This document shows positions 44,938-54,807 of a DNA stretch of 64,000 nucleotides, one piece after another. Source of the DNA: a virus. The stretch lies in the IMG/VR virus record IMGVR_UViG_3300002461_001027, positions 8,637 through 72,636 of that record. One strand, written 5' to 3'. A program made the translations under genes and the position numbers. Under the pieces are notes generated by a model, which worked only from the letters and a program-made list of their open reading frames with translations, ran no database searches and was not told the origin of the DNA. Each line of letters starts with the position of its first letter. Position 1 is the first letter of the stretch.

Positions 44938-45392
44938 CTCAGCTGGTGCTGAAGGACGTGGCGATGCACGCGAACGACAAGCCGAGGTGGTCCGGCGTGC
45001 AGAGCGTGAAGTACTTCGACGTGTACCTCCGCGTGATGCCGCGCATCAATCGCTTCGTGTGGCTGGAGACGTGGACGCGCCCGTTCATCCTGCAGGCGCA
45101 CCTGCAGCCCGCGACCTTGAACCTCCTCCTCGGCCACCGGCCGATGGCGTGGGAAGACGTCGACCAGTTCGTCGTCACGCTCCCCGGCATCCGCCCGGCC
45201 TCGACCCTCTACATCCCGCCGGTGCCGGACAAGCCGGAGTGGCCGCGCACGGACTCGAACCTGCACACCGGCATCGGAGCCGTGCGCTGGAACGACAAGG
45301 TGAACTTGCACGTGGTGTTCACGACGAAGATGCGTGAGGACGTCACCGTCTGGGTCGACACGATGCTCGAACGAGGGGAGCTGTTGGCATGA
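44934..45392 (+). CDS. hypothetical protein
   Basis: Start in palindrome 44929. Confidence 0.55.
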   Translation: MTQLVLKDVAMHANDKPRWSGVQSVKYFDVYLRVMPRINRFVWLETWTRPFILQAHLQPATLNLLLGHRPMAWEDVDQFVVTLPGIRPASTLYIPPVPDKPEWPRTDSNLHTGIGAVRWNDKVNLHVVFTTKMREDVTVWVDTMLERGELLA

Positions 45393-45892
45393 CGACGAAG
45401 AGGATTTGTTTCTGGCAGGACATGCACACGCGCCGTGCGCGTCCGGAGCTTGAGAAGGACTGGCCCGAAGACGAGTGGAAGAACCTCTGTGGCCGGGGCA
45501 CCGAGAACACGATCAACTACGCTGAGGACGTGGCTGAGGTGACGTGCAAGGACTGCCTGAAGCTGCTGAACGTGGCGGTGCTGACGCCGAAGACGGAGCC
45601 GAAGTACATCGCTGACTTGACGCCGACCCGCGCGATGAAGCTCTTCGGCGGTGAGGCGCCGAAGTTCGACCCGGTCTCGAAGCCGAAGCACTACAACGCA
45701 GGCAAAGTCGAGTGCATCGTCGCGCTCGAAGCGGCGACCACCGGGCTCGAAGGCATCGAAGCCGTGTGCACCGCGAACGCCATCAAGTATCTCTGGCGTT
45801 GGAAGCAGAAGAACGGTGTCGAGGATCTGAAGAAGGCGCTCTGGTACACCGAGCACCTCGTGAAACACCTGACGGCGGAGAAGAAGTCGTGA
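45389..45892 (+). CDS. DUF3310-domain protein
   Basis: DPVSKPKHY...ECI...NAIKYLWRWKQKNGVEDLKKALWY. Confidence 0.85.
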   Translation: MTTKRICFWQDMHTRRARPELEKDWPEDEWKNLCGRGTENTINYAEDVAEVTCKDCLKLLNVAVLTPKTEPKYIADLTPTRAMKLFGGEAPKFDPVSKPKHYNAGKVECIVALEAATTGLEGIEAVCTANAIKYLWRWKQKNGVEDLKKALWYTEHLVKHLTAEKKS

Positions 45893-46173
45893 GCGACAAG
45901 CGCCTCGTCGAGTTCAGCGCGGACCTCACGCTCTACGTCTACGCGCCGGACGCGGACGGCCTCTACGTGGCGCAGATCGACCGCGAGAGCCTGACGTACC
46001 TGCCCGGGAAGAAGACGCGCGCGGGCCTCAGCCGGGGCACGACGCACGCGGAGCGCGAGGGCACCACGGCCACGCAGTTCAAGTGGCCGCGTCACCAGAG
46101 CCGCTGCCCGTTCATCGCGCAGGCGAACGCGCTGGAGCACCTCGCACAGGTGCTGCGGGGGATGAAGAAGTGA
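45889..46173 (+). CDS. hypothetical protein
   Basis: GTGA-coupled. Confidence 0.5.
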   Translation: MSDKRLVEFSADLTLYVYAPDADGLYVAQIDRESLTYLPGKKTRAGLSRGTTHAEREGTTATQFKWPRHQSRCPFIAQANALEHLAQVLRGMKK

Positions 46174-46469
46174 GCGGTCCGAGGGGGACGTCCAACAGCA
46201 ACGTGCGAGGCAACACGCGAGACCGCGAGTCGCGGAAGCGCTGGCTGCTCAAGACGTGGGCAAGCAACGTCGGAGAGGGAACTGCTCGCTGCTACCGCTG
46301 CGGCGATCTACTCGACGCCGACACCATCACGGTCGACCGCATCATCCCGGGCGCGCGAGGCGGCCGGTACGTACGGAACAACATCAGGCCGTCCTGTGCG
46401 AGGTGCGCGTCGGCGACGGGAGGTCACTTGGGTGTGGCACGCAAACGCCGCAAGTCTTCGCGCTTGTGA
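46170..46469 (+). CDS. HNH endonuclease
   Basis: CYRCG...TVDRIIPGARGGRY..NNIRPSCARC. Confidence 0.75.
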   Translation: MSGPRGTSNSNVRGNTRDRESRKRWLLKTWASNVGEGTARCYRCGDLLDADTITVDRIIPGARGGRYVRNNIRPSCARCASATGGHLGVARKRRKSSRL

Positions 46470-46963
46470 CAAGGGACGCAGAGCGCCACGTAGTGCTTCG
46501 GATTTGGGCTGTACGCAATGCCGGTCGCCGTCTTCAACTCGTGAGGATCATCGTGTTTGTACGACCAGTGCTTCGCTGCAGCGCCGCAGGAACACAGCTG
46601 GTCCCGCGCCGGACCCCGCGCTTCGGCCACGCGCTCGTGCGCGCGCACGTAACCGATGCGGTCTCCGCGCCATGCCGGGTTGTTGGGTCCGAGGCGCGAG
46701 GGCACGTAGTCAGGGTGTCCGCCTTTGCGGACACGGCGAAGGTGCGTCGTGCAGTAGCCAAAGCCTGCGTGTTTGCGCGCGCAGCCTGCGACTCGGCAGC
46801 GCTGCGCTTCGACGCGGATGGGTGCGTTGGCGTTGGTCGTGCCGTTGCGGTACTGGCGGAAGTAGTGCGCGTTGCAGAGGCCGCGCGAGCGATGCGGACG
46901 CCCGCAGTTCTCGATGGTGCAGAGCATCTGCTTCGTGTAACACCCCAGATGTACGCCTTGCAA
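46424..46963 (-). CDS. HNH-type homing endonuclease, inserted antisense
   Basis: Two C..C...H...G.C..HY repeats; AHERV..GPA..C.CG..HWSY...LC..CH. Confidence 0.7.
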   Translation of the reverse strand: MQGVHLGCYTKQMLCTIENCGRPHRSRGLCNAHYFRQYRNGTTNANAPIRVEAQRCRVAGCARKHAGFGYCTTHLRRVRKGGHPDYVPSRLGPNNPAWRGDRIGYVRAHERVAEARGPARDQLCSCGAAAKHWSYKHDDPHELKTATGIAYSPNPKHYVALCVPCHKREDLRRLRATPK

Positions 46964-46977
46964 CTTGGAGCAAAGTC

Positions 46978-47307
46978 ATGACTCGGGAAGAGTGGTGCCA
47001 GTTCGCCGACGACAAGAACCTGCTGTTCGCCGACGGCTTCGACGACGCCATCATCGGCGTCTCGATGGCACCCGGGCGGCCGACGCGCGTCGTCTACGAC
47101 ATCGCCTCCGTGCTCCACGTGCTGATGGAACGCGACGGCATGAGCGAGGACTCGGCCGAGGAGTACTTCAACTACAACGTCGTCTGCGCGTACGTCGGTC
47201 CGCGCACGCCGCTCTACACGCTCGCCGAGGTGGCGCACGACGAGGACGAGGTCGAAGTGGCTCCGACTGGACGCCCGAGCGTCAACATGAAGGCGGCCAA
47301 GGCGTGA
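46978..47307 (+). CDS. conserved phage hypothetical protein
   Basis: LLFADGFDDAIIGV...VVYD...DGMS...EEYF.YNV..AYVG..TP. Confidence 0.65.
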   Translation: MTREEWCQFADDKNLLFADGFDDAIIGVSMAPGRPTRVVYDIASVLHVLMERDGMSEDSAEEYFNYNVVCAYVGPRTPLYTLAEVAHDEDEVEVAPTGRPSVNMKAAKA

Positions 47308-47606
47308 ACCGAGGTCCCGGCCTGAAGGAGCTGGTTGCAGCGGCGAAGCCCGAGGAGTGTCCCTTCTGCGGGGAGCCGCGCAAGAAGCGCGAGCCCGGCG
47401 TTCCCGGTGTGTCGCAGGGACGGTACGCAGAGGGCGCGCCTGCGGGCTACTACCTCACCTGCGGCGACTACGAGTGCGCGCACACCGCGTACACGCGCTA
47501 CTGGAAGCGCGACTTCTACCGCGAGTCGCGCGCCGCGCTAAACGCGCAGAAGCAGGCGAAGAAAAACCACTTGTCGGACCCCGCTGGTACAAGGAGCGCA
47601 TCATGA
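47304..47606 (+). CDS. Zn-finger hypothetical protein
   Basis: CPFCG...TCG..EC. Confidence 0.5.
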   Translation: MNRGPGLKELVAAAKPEECPFCGEPRKKREPGVPGVSQGRYAEGAPAGYYLTCGDYECAHTAYTRYWKRDFYRESRAALNAQKQAKKNHLSDPAGTRSAS

Positions 47607-48559
47607 GCAACGGACCCGGAGGGCAATCGACGCGCGGCTCTCACAAGCTGTCACAGCCGCTCGTCTGCCCGCGCAAGTGGTACCTGCGGCAGGAGAAGCA
47701 CCTTGTGCCGAACGTCGAGGTCTCCTACTTCGTCGAGGGCCGCCTCGCGCACATCGCGCTCGCGTACTACCGCGCCGCGCAGCTCCACAAGATGGGGCGC
47801 CCGGTGCCGAGCTGGTTCTTCGAGCGCACGCTCGTCGACTGCCTCAACGAGGCCGGGGCGGGCTCGCCGGACGCGGTCAAGCTCGGCATGTCCATCCTCA
47901 ATGCGTACGCGGTGCGCTGGGGCAGCGTCGACACGTGGGAGCCCATCTCCATCGAAGAGGAGTACTCGGCGACGCTCGGGCAGATCCGCCGCCTCATCAA
48001 CCCGCGCCACCCGGCGATGCCGGACGACGAGGAGCGCTTCAGCTCGCGCATCGACCTCCTCGTGCGCAACAACGGCTTCCTCTACGCGCCCGACTACAAG
48101 ACGACGAAGCGCGCCGCGTGGTCGCGGAAGGAGTGGGAGCTGCCGCGCCTCGAAGCGTTCAACTACAACGGCGAGCACACCGTCTCCTTCCAGTTCATGC
48201 TGCAGACCGCCATCCTGCGCGTGAACTTCGGCACCGAGTTCCGAGGCGTCATCGTCGAGCGCATCCTCAAGGCGGAGCCGCACGACTTCGACCGCACCGT
48301 CGTGCCCATCCACAACCGCATGTTCGCGGACCTGCCGTCGACGCTCGCGGCGTGCGCGAAGGCGGAGCGCGAGGCGAAGCAGATGGTCGCCGACGCGGTG
48401 CACCGGGGCGAGGACATGGAGATGTGGCTCCCGCCCGGCCACTACTGGTCCTGCTACAGCGGCGGCCAGATGTGCGAATACAAGCAGATTTGTGTAGCGG
48501 AAACCCCTAGACAGCGTAGTGACATCATGGTAGGGGAGTACCACGAAAGCTCGACGTGA
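47603..48559 (+). CDS. PD-(D/E)xK (RecB/Cas4-like) exonuclease
   Basis: CPRKWY, RIDLL...DYKTT, C-terminal CY...CEY..IC. Confidence 0.8.
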   Translation: MSNGPGGQSTRGSHKLSQPLVCPRKWYLRQEKHLVPNVEVSYFVEGRLAHIALAYYRAAQLHKMGRPVPSWFFERTLVDCLNEAGAGSPDAVKLGMSILNAYAVRWGSVDTWEPISIEEEYSATLGQIRRLINPRHPAMPDDEERFSSRIDLLVRNNGFLYAPDYKTTKRAAWSRKEWELPRLEAFNYNGEHTVSFQFMLQTAILRVNFGTEFRGVIVERILKAEPHDFDRTVVPIHNRMFADLPSTLAACAKAEREAKQMVADAVHRGEDMEMWLPPGHYWSCYSGGQMCEYKQICVAETPRQRSDIMVGEYHESST

Positions 48560-48626
48560 GATTGCGTACGAGCTTTCAGGGATGGACCGGGGTCTGGAGA
48601 GTCCTCGGAACTGGAGAGGGAACAAA

Positions 48627-49517
48627 ATGAGCATTGCTGGTTTGACTGTCGACAACAGCGACCTGTTGTCCATCGCGCCGTCGGTCGTCCTGTACGGGGC
48701 GCCCGGCGGAGGCAAGAGCACGGAGATGGCGCGGGCGTTTCCGAACGTCCTCTACGTGCAGTCCTCGCCCACCATCCTGCGCGCGCTCGCGCAGTACGCG
48801 AAGGAACACCCCGAGGCGGGCATCAAGGTGCCCGCGCGCGTGACCTTCGACGAGAACTACGTCGCTGAGCGTGGTGGCTCCGTCGTGGCGGCCTTCCGGG
48901 GCTTGCTGGAGAGCTACCTCATCGCCGACGCGCAGGGGAAGAACCCCTACGAGGGCATCGTCTTCGACGAGTGGAGCACCATCAGCGAGCGCCTCTACGC
49001 CGAGATGCGCACCGACCCGACCGGCAAGTACCGGGCGAAGAACGGCAACGTCAACATCTTCGCCGTCATGGACGGCTTCAAGGTGATGCACTCGACGGTG
49101 CTCTCCATCGCGCGGCGCACGCGGAAGATTGTCGGCTTCGTCTCGCACCACCAGCCGCCGAAGTGGGACGAGGACGAGAACTCGATGACGCGCGGGCAAT
49201 TGAAGCACCCGGGTGGCCCGCGCATGCCGATGGGCCTCGCCGACCAAGTCATCGCCATCTGCGCCGACGCCGACGTCGTGCTGCAGCTCGCGGTGCTCGA
49301 CCCGGTGAAGGGCGGCATCGTGCTCGACCCGACGGCGGCGCAAGCTCCGTCCCCCGAGGGGAGTCATGACTTCCGCCGCGTCTTCATGACGCAGCTGGAG
49401 CAGAAGTGGTTTCGGAAGGTGCGCGGGGCGTTCGACCTCCAGCGCGAGGAACTCATCGACATCAAGAAGGGGCGTGGGCTGCGCGAGCTGCTCCGCCGTT
49501 CCGGTTACCCGGTCTGA
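48627..49517 (+). CDS. AAA_24/Sak4-like ATPase (recombination/annealing)
   Basis: LYGAPGGGKS Walker A, IVFDEWS Walker B, ADADVVL. Confidence 0.75.
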   Translation: MSIAGLTVDNSDLLSIAPSVVLYGAPGGGKSTEMARAFPNVLYVQSSPTILRALAQYAKEHPEAGIKVPARVTFDENYVAERGGSVVAAFRGLLESYLIADAQGKNPYEGIVFDEWSTISERLYAEMRTDPTGKYRAKNGNVNIFAVMDGFKVMHSTVLSIARRTRKIVGFVSHHQPPKWDEDENSMTRGQLKHPGGPRMPMGLADQVIAICADADVVLQLAVLDPVKGGIVLDPTAAQAPSPEGSHDFRRVFMTQLEQKWFRKVRGAFDLQREELIDIKKGRGLRELLRRSGYPV

Positions 49518-49612
49518 GCTGACGGGAAGCAGCGCCCGGGGCCATTGTGGCGCCGGTTCCACCCGACCCGGAGAGGGTCACCAACGCAGTAGAGAAAGAG
49601 ACGGACACGCAC

Positions 49613-50269
49613 ATGGCTGACAACAAGATCATCATCGACCTCGCTGGCCTCGCCGACTACACGCCGTACGAGGGCATGGGCAGCAACGACCTGCTCACCG
49701 CCGACGGCATGTTCTCCGTGAAGATCGGGAAGATCACCGCCGGTCGCTCGAAGGAGAGCAACAACCCGAAGTTCACGGTGCAGGTCACCGTGCAGGACGA
49801 GGACAACAAGGGCAAGAACATGGTCGGCACCGTGCTGCTCGGCGGCACCGACTCCAAGGGCGGCAAGCTCATCCGCCAGCTCGGGGACCTCCTCACCTCC
49901 GTCGGCATGACGATGGAGGCGGTGCGCGCGCTCTCCGGGAACGGCACGTTCGACGCCGAGGAGCTGGCGAAGACCCTCACCGGCAAGATCGGCCACGTGC
50001 AGGCCGAGGCGCGCCACTACGAGGGCCGCCTCTCGTCGTCCATCGCCAACTGGGTCACCCCGCAGGCGTACAAGGACGCGGTCGCCGCCTCGGCGCACCG
50101 CAAGCCGCACCGCGCCGAGCAGACCTTCTCGGGCGTCCCGGCGGGCGCGCAGGCGGGCGCCGCGAGCATCACGAACCTCGGCGGCGGGCAGGCGAACGGC
50201 GCGGCCGGTGGCGCGGCGGTCGACCCGCTGAAGAAGCTGCAGGGCCTCACGCTGCCCGGCCTCGGCTGA
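49613..50269 (+). CDS. DUF669-like ssDNA-binding protein
   Basis: G.FSVKIGKIT...SK..N.PKF...V beta pattern; position after Sak4-like ATPase. Confidence 0.55.
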   Translation: MADNKIIIDLAGLADYTPYEGMGSNDLLTADGMFSVKIGKITAGRSKESNNPKFTVQVTVQDEDNKGKNMVGTVLLGGTDSKGGKLIRQLGDLLTSVGMTMEAVRALSGNGTFDAEELAKTLTGKIGHVQAEARHYEGRLSSSIANWVTPQAYKDAVAASAHRKPHRAEQTFSGVPAGAQAGAASITNLGGGQANGAAGGAAVDPLKKLQGLTLPGLG

Positions 50270-50451
50270 GCAGCAAGTAGTACTGCGTGGGCCCGAATTG
50301 GGTGACGGGCCCACGCAGGAAGTCCTCGGCGCCGTGGGAAGCGCTTGAGGCACGGAGGACGGCGGATTTCCCTCTCCGGTGCCGCCGTCTCTTCGTCTCG
50401 TTGTCGGGGGCGGGCTTCTTCGAGCTTGCCCCCTGCGGTACAACCACCACC

Positions 50452-50721
50452 ATGACGCAGCCTCCTGCGGAGTACCTCGTGACCAACGACGTCAGCATGC
50501 AGCCTGTCTACGTCGCGATGAAGGCCTCGTTCGACCGCGAGGAGGAAGCGCGCAACGCGCACGCTGAGCTGCGCAAGCAGGCTCTTGCCGTGGCCCGGCA
50601 GCTGGAGCAGGCCCGGCAGGACGTGCTGACGCTGACGGAGAAGCTCCACGCCGAAGAGACGGCGCGCCGCGAGCTGGAGAGTCGCCTGCAGGCGCTGGTC
50701 GCGAAGTACGGCGGAGCGTGA
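50452..50721 (+). CDS. coiled-coil hypothetical protein
   Basis: Stop at palindrome 50720. Confidence 0.5.
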   Translation: MTQPPAEYLVTNDVSMQPVYVAMKASFDREEEARNAHAELRKQALAVARQLEQARQDVLTLTEKLHAEETARRELESRLQALVAKYGGA

Positions 50722-50724
50722 GTC

Positions 50725-50997
50725 ATGACTCCTCGCTTCGTCTGGATGCGTCCGACGACCCATGCCGCTGCCTGCCGCTACAAGCTGCCGCGCAAGCTGA
50801 CGGGCGCCGGTCGGAAGTTGCCGTCGGAGTGCGGCGTCTGGGTGACGCCCTACTTGAAGGAGCGCGTGCTGGAGAAGCCGTCAAAGGACCTCTGTCCGCA
50901 CTGCTTCAACAACACGAAGGTCGCTGAGCCGCACCTGCGGCAACGCAAGAAGCAGCACCGCGAGGACTCGCGGTTCAATTTCACCGACTGGGACTGA
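50725..50997 (+). CDS. Zn-finger hypothetical protein
   Basis: Start in palindrome 50720; C...CG...CPHC. Confidence 0.5.
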   Translation: MTPRFVWMRPTTHAAACRYKLPRKLTGAGRKLPSECGVWVTPYLKERVLEKPSKDLCPHCFNNTKVAEPHLRQRKKQHREDSRFNFTDWD

Positions 50998-51009
50998 GGG
51001 GCCCTCACC

Positions 51010-53814
51010 ATGGTTGACGAGGCCGTGCTGCCACAGCACGTAGCTGCAGTTGCGCGTGGCGCTCGATGCACGGAGTGCCCGCTCTACGGCTGCAAGCAGG
51101 GCCCGGTGATGCCCGCCGTCAGGCAGGGCGCACCGATTACCGTCGTGAGCGAGTCCCCCGGCAACACGGAGGTCGAGGAGGGGAGGCTACTCACGGGCTC
51201 GCCGGGCGAGATGGTCTACGAGGCCCTCCTGCCTGCGGGCTATGGGCGCAACGACGTCTCCGTCACCGCTGCCATCCTCTGCCGCCCGCCGGGCGGGCAC
51301 ATGCTCGACTACGCGGCGCTGCTCAAGCAGCAGCACGCGAAGGCGGTGGCTCGCGCGAAGGAGCTGGGCCTCACGCCGCCGCCGCTCATCACGCCGCAGC
51401 TGTGCTGCACGCCTCGGCTGCACCGGGACATCGTCGAGTCGGGCAGCCGCGTCGTGCTCGCGCTCGGCTCCGAGGGCTTGAAGGCGTGCGCGCAGCAGAT
51501 GCAGCTGCCGATGGCGCCAACGAAGGTGCCTCCCGGTACGCCGCGCGTGGCGCCGCTCAAGAAGCAGCACGGCGCGCCGGTGGTGGCGAAGGATGGGCGC
51601 ATCCTGATGTCGACGCTGCACCCGGCGTTCGTCATCTTCGGCGCGAACACGCGCTACATCCCCGTCATCAAGGCCGACATCACCCGGGCCGCGACGATGG
51701 CCAAGCGCGGTGGCGTCATCGACTGGCAGGAGCCGGAGTTCATCCTCAAGCCCTCCATCGACACGTGCCGCAACGTCCTGCGCATCCTGAAGGAGAGCAA
51801 GACGCTCATCACGGTCGACATCGAGACCGACGGCATCATTACGCAGACCGCGCGCATTCGCTGCATCGGGCTCGGCGGCGTGGTGAACGGGCGCGAATTG
51901 ATCATCGTGGTGCCGCTGCGCCACATGGACGGCCGTTCGTGGTGGCTCCCCGGCGACGAGCACCGGCTGAGTCATGACTTGACCGACCTGCTGGAGAGCA
52001 ACCCGCTCTCCGGCCACAACCTCCTCTTCGACACCGCCGTGCTGCTGAACCGGGGCCTGCTCAAGAACCGAGGCAAGACGTGGGTCGACACGATGACGGG
52101 GCACCACGACACCAACCAGTCGGAGCTGCCGCACGACCTCGGCTTCGTCGCCACGCGCTGCTTCGAGGCGCCGCGCTGGAAGGACGACGCCGACCACAAG
52201 AACGTCGAGGGCGTCGACGACTACTGGCTGCACCTCTACTGCGCGAAAGACGTGCTCGGCGAAATGCGGCTCGTCAACCCGCTGCTCACGGCCATCGACG
52301 AGCAGGGGACCATCGGCGCGTACCGCACCGACACGCAGCTCAACCCCGTCGCGCGCGACATGGGCGAGCTGGGGCTCAACGTGAACGAGGAGCGCCGCCG
52401 CGCCTTCTTCGACATCCTCGACCGCGTGGTGCAGGAGAAGGTCATCGAGCTGCGCCGCGTGACGGGCATCCCGGACTTCAACCCGAACGCGTTCAAGCAG
52501 GTCGCGCGCTTCCTCTACGTGACGAAGGGGCTCTCGCCGCCGTACGCGACCGACGGGCGTGAGTGGGCGGAGCTGGAAGACGACGAAGAGGTCGAGCTGG
52601 ACACGGATGACCCCGAGGTCATCGTGGCGAAGGCGGCCACGAACGAGCTGTCGCTGCTGCGGCTGCTGGAACTCGGCGTCGACAAGCACACCGAGCAGTT
52701 CATCGAGGCGCAGCTCCAGTACCGAGGCCTGCAGAAGTGCAAGGCGACGTACATGGGCCTCAAGTACGAGGAAGAGAAGGGCGTCAAGCGGCTCGTCGAC
52801 ACGCACCGCAAGAAGGGCTTCCTGCAGACCGAGAGCTGGGGCCCGGGGCTGGAGAACCTCTCCATCATCCACCCCTCGTGGAAGCTGCACATCACGCCCA
52901 CCGGGCGCTGGGCGACGAGCCCGAACGTGCAGAACTGGCCCGAGCGCGTCGTCTTCGACGTGACGAAGTACCGGGCCGCCGTGTCGGCTGACAAGAAGTA
53001 CTTCGACGTGCTCGGCGCCGACGGCATCATCAACACGCGCGCCGTCATCGAGGCGCCGCCCGGGCACGTGCTCGTCGGCGCCGACTACGCGGCCATCGAG
53101 CTGCGCATGTACGCCGTCGCGTCAGGTGATGCGCTGCTGCTGGACGCCATCTTCACCGGCAAGGATCCGCACGCGCTGAACTTCGCGACGATGCAGTCGA
53201 CGCGCCCGGACCTGCGACAGCAGTTCTACGACAAGGTGATGAAGTCACCGGCGGCGGTGAAGAAGTACTTCCGCAACATCGCCAAGCGCTTCGCCTTCCT
53301 CGTCATCTACGGCGGCCAGAAGGACAAGCTGTACCAGACGATGGCGGCCGACCGGAACCCGGACGGGACGCGGAGCTTCCCCGACCTGAAGATGCGCGAC
53401 GTCGACGTCTGGTTCGACAACTGGCACAAGACGCACCCCGAGACACGCCAGTGGCACGAGGCTGTCGTGCGCGCGTGGATGACCTACGGCTTCGTCGCCA
53501 CCATCATCGACGGGCGCAAGCGCTTCTTCATCGGCGGCATCGACAAGACCGCGATGCCCAACATGACGATTCAGGGCTCGGCCGCGAGCATCGCGAACCG
53601 CGCGATGATTGCCATCGCCAAGGAGTGCCCGCACCGAGGCTGGAGCCCCGTCTCCGGCCCGGTGCTGCAGGTTCACGACTTCATCGGCCTGCAGGTGCCG
53701 GAGAAGCGGCAGAGGGAGGCGGAAGACCTGCTGAACGCAACGATGCCGTACACGCATGCCGGGATGAGGTTCGACATCGAGCTGAAGTCCGGTAAACGCT
53801 GGGACCAGACGTAG
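51010..53814 (+). CDS. polA: uracil-DNA glycosylase (family 4-like) fused to family A DNA polymerase with 3'-5' exonuclease
   Basis: CTECPL..VSESPG..E..G..LCRPP..LHPAF (UDG); DIETDG, GHNLLFD, YCAKD (exo); GADYAAIELR, RNIAKRFAFLVIYGG, QVHD (pol A/B/C). Confidence 0.92.
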   Translation: MVDEAVLPQHVAAVARGARCTECPLYGCKQGPVMPAVRQGAPITVVSESPGNTEVEEGRLLTGSPGEMVYEALLPAGYGRNDVSVTAAILCRPPGGHMLDYAALLKQQHAKAVARAKELGLTPPPLITPQLCCTPRLHRDIVESGSRVVLALGSEGLKACAQQMQLPMAPTKVPPGTPRVAPLKKQHGAPVVAKDGRILMSTLHPAFVIFGANTRYIPVIKADITRAATMAKRGGVIDWQEPEFILKPSIDTCRNVLRILKESKTLITVDIETDGIITQTARIRCIGLGGVVNGRELIIVVPLRHMDGRSWWLPGDEHRLSHDLTDLLESNPLSGHNLLFDTAVLLNRGLLKNRGKTWVDTMTGHHDTNQSELPHDLGFVATRCFEAPRWKDDADHKNVEGVDDYWLHLYCAKDVLGEMRLVNPLLTAIDEQGTIGAYRTDTQLNPVARDMGELGLNVNEERRRAFFDILDRVVQEKVIELRRVTGIPDFNPNAFKQVARFLYVTKGLSPPYATDGREWAELEDDEEVELDTDDPEVIVAKAATNELSLLRLLELGVDKHTEQFIEAQLQYRGLQKCKATYMGLKYEEEKGVKRLVDTHRKKGFLQTESWGPGLENLSIIHPSWKLHITPTGRWATSPNVQNWPERVVFDVTKYRAAVSADKKYFDVLGADGIINTRAVIEAPPGHVLVGADYAAIELRMYAVASGDALLLDAIFTGKDPHALNFATMQSTRPDLRQQFYDKVMKSPAAVKKYFRNIAKRFAFLVIYGGQKDKLYQTMAADRNPDGTRSFPDLKMRDVDVWFDNWHKTHPETRQWHEAVVRAWMTYGFVATIIDGRKRFFIGGIDKTAMPNMTIQGSAASIANRAMIAIAKECPHRGWSPVSGPVLQVHDFIGLQVPEKRQREAEDLLNATMPYTHAGMRFDIELKSGKRWDQT

Positions 53815-53832
53815 CACCAAGGGAGAGGCACC

Positions 53833-54069
53833 ATGGACGAGGCAGACTACAAGAGGCGCGTGCAGGCGCAGGGCATCTTCGCGATGATGACGCAGTCGCT
53901 CCCTGAAGTCGGCGAGGACGCCATCCGGGGCACCCTCGCGATGGCGGTGCAGGCCGCCAACAAGGCGGGCATCTCGCGCGAGGACACGCTGCGCATGCTC
54001 ACGGACGAGTTCGAGCAGTGGGCCGTCTTCGAGGCGATCCAGAGCGCGCAGGCGGGGGTCAAGTCATGA
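53833..54069 (+). CDS. hypothetical protein (paralog of next gene)
   Basis: IFAMM..IRGTLAMAVQ..MLTDEFEQW. Confidence 0.6.
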   Translation: MDEADYKRRVQAQGIFAMMTQSLPEVGEDAIRGTLAMAVQAANKAGISREDTLRMLTDEFEQWAVFEAIQSAQAGVKS

Positions 54070-54329
54070 CTCCCGAGGAGTTCAAGAAGCGGCTGGGTGC
54101 CGAGGCGGCGTTTCAGCACATGATGGGCGCGCAGGACGCCACGCAGACGCCACCGCCCGACGTGGACTCGCTGCGCGGCGTCCTGATGATGGCCGTGCAG
54201 ATGTCGCGGGCGATGCAGCTGCCGCTCGCGGACCTGCAGGCGCTGGTCGCTGACGAGGCGGCTCAGTGGGAGAAGTACGTCGAGACGAAGGCGCGCGTCA
54301 TTGCGCGGCGGAAGGAGCAGGCCAAGTGA
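54066..54329 (+). CDS. hypothetical protein (paralog of previous gene)
   Basis: AFQHMM..LRGVLMMAVQ..LVADEAAQW. Confidence 0.6.
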   Translation: MTPEEFKKRLGAEAAFQHMMGAQDATQTPPPDVDSLRGVLMMAVQMSRAMQLPLADLQALVADEAAQWEKYVETKARVIARRKEQAK

Positions 54330-54736
54330 GCGCGCCGGACCAGCTCGCCGAGGCCATCATCAGCGGCTTCGGGAAGATGATTCCCGTGAAGCGCGCCGCG
54401 AAGGTCATCGTCGCCGGTGGCGTGACGCACTCGGTGGAGGAGCTGCGCCGCTGGGCGGACAAGAGCGCCATGGATGCCGATCTGAACGGCCGCGCTGTCG
54501 GCGCGCTGCTGCACGAGCTGCTCGACGTCTACGAGGCGACAGCCATCAAGCCGAAGAAGCCAGAGCCGAAGCTCGTCGAGGTGCAGGCGGAGGTGAAGGA
54601 CCTCACCGACGACATCAAGCACGCCGTCGGCCAGCTGCAGCAGGCGCTCGGCACCGTGAGCCCGGAGGGTGTCGTCGAGCTGCAGCTGCTCAAGGACACC
54701 ATCGAAGAGCTGAAGGCCAGCATCGGCATGGAGTAG
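54326..54736 (+). CDS. hypothetical protein
   Basis: GTGA-coupled. Confidence 0.55.
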   Translation: MSAPDQLAEAIISGFGKMIPVKRAAKVIVAGGVTHSVEELRRWADKSAMDADLNGRAVGALLHELLDVYEATAIKPKKPEPKLVEVQAEVKDLTDDIKHAVGQLQQALGTVSPEGVVELQLLKDTIEELKASIGME

Positions 54737-54767
54737 CTGGTGGGCGGGGTGGGGTACGTCGGTCGCA

Positions 54768-54797
54768 TTGACAAGTGTGGCAGACTTGTATTACTCC
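54768..54797 (+). promoter_or_regulatory. phage promoter (same family)
   Basis: TTGACA AGTGTGGCAGACTTGTAT TACTCC. Confidence 0.55.
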
Positions 54798-54807
54798 ACC
54801 ACGCACC

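Noticed and set aside
47603-48559. Cas4 / CRISPR system
   Set aside because: Context is the usual phage nuclease-ATPase-SSB recombination module; no repeats or other cas genes.
48627-49517. AAA ATPase (or the SMC-like ATPase) as the missing packaging ATPase
   Set aside because: Motifs and context fit Sak4/AAA_24 and Rad50, not FtsK/A32-type packaging enzymes.
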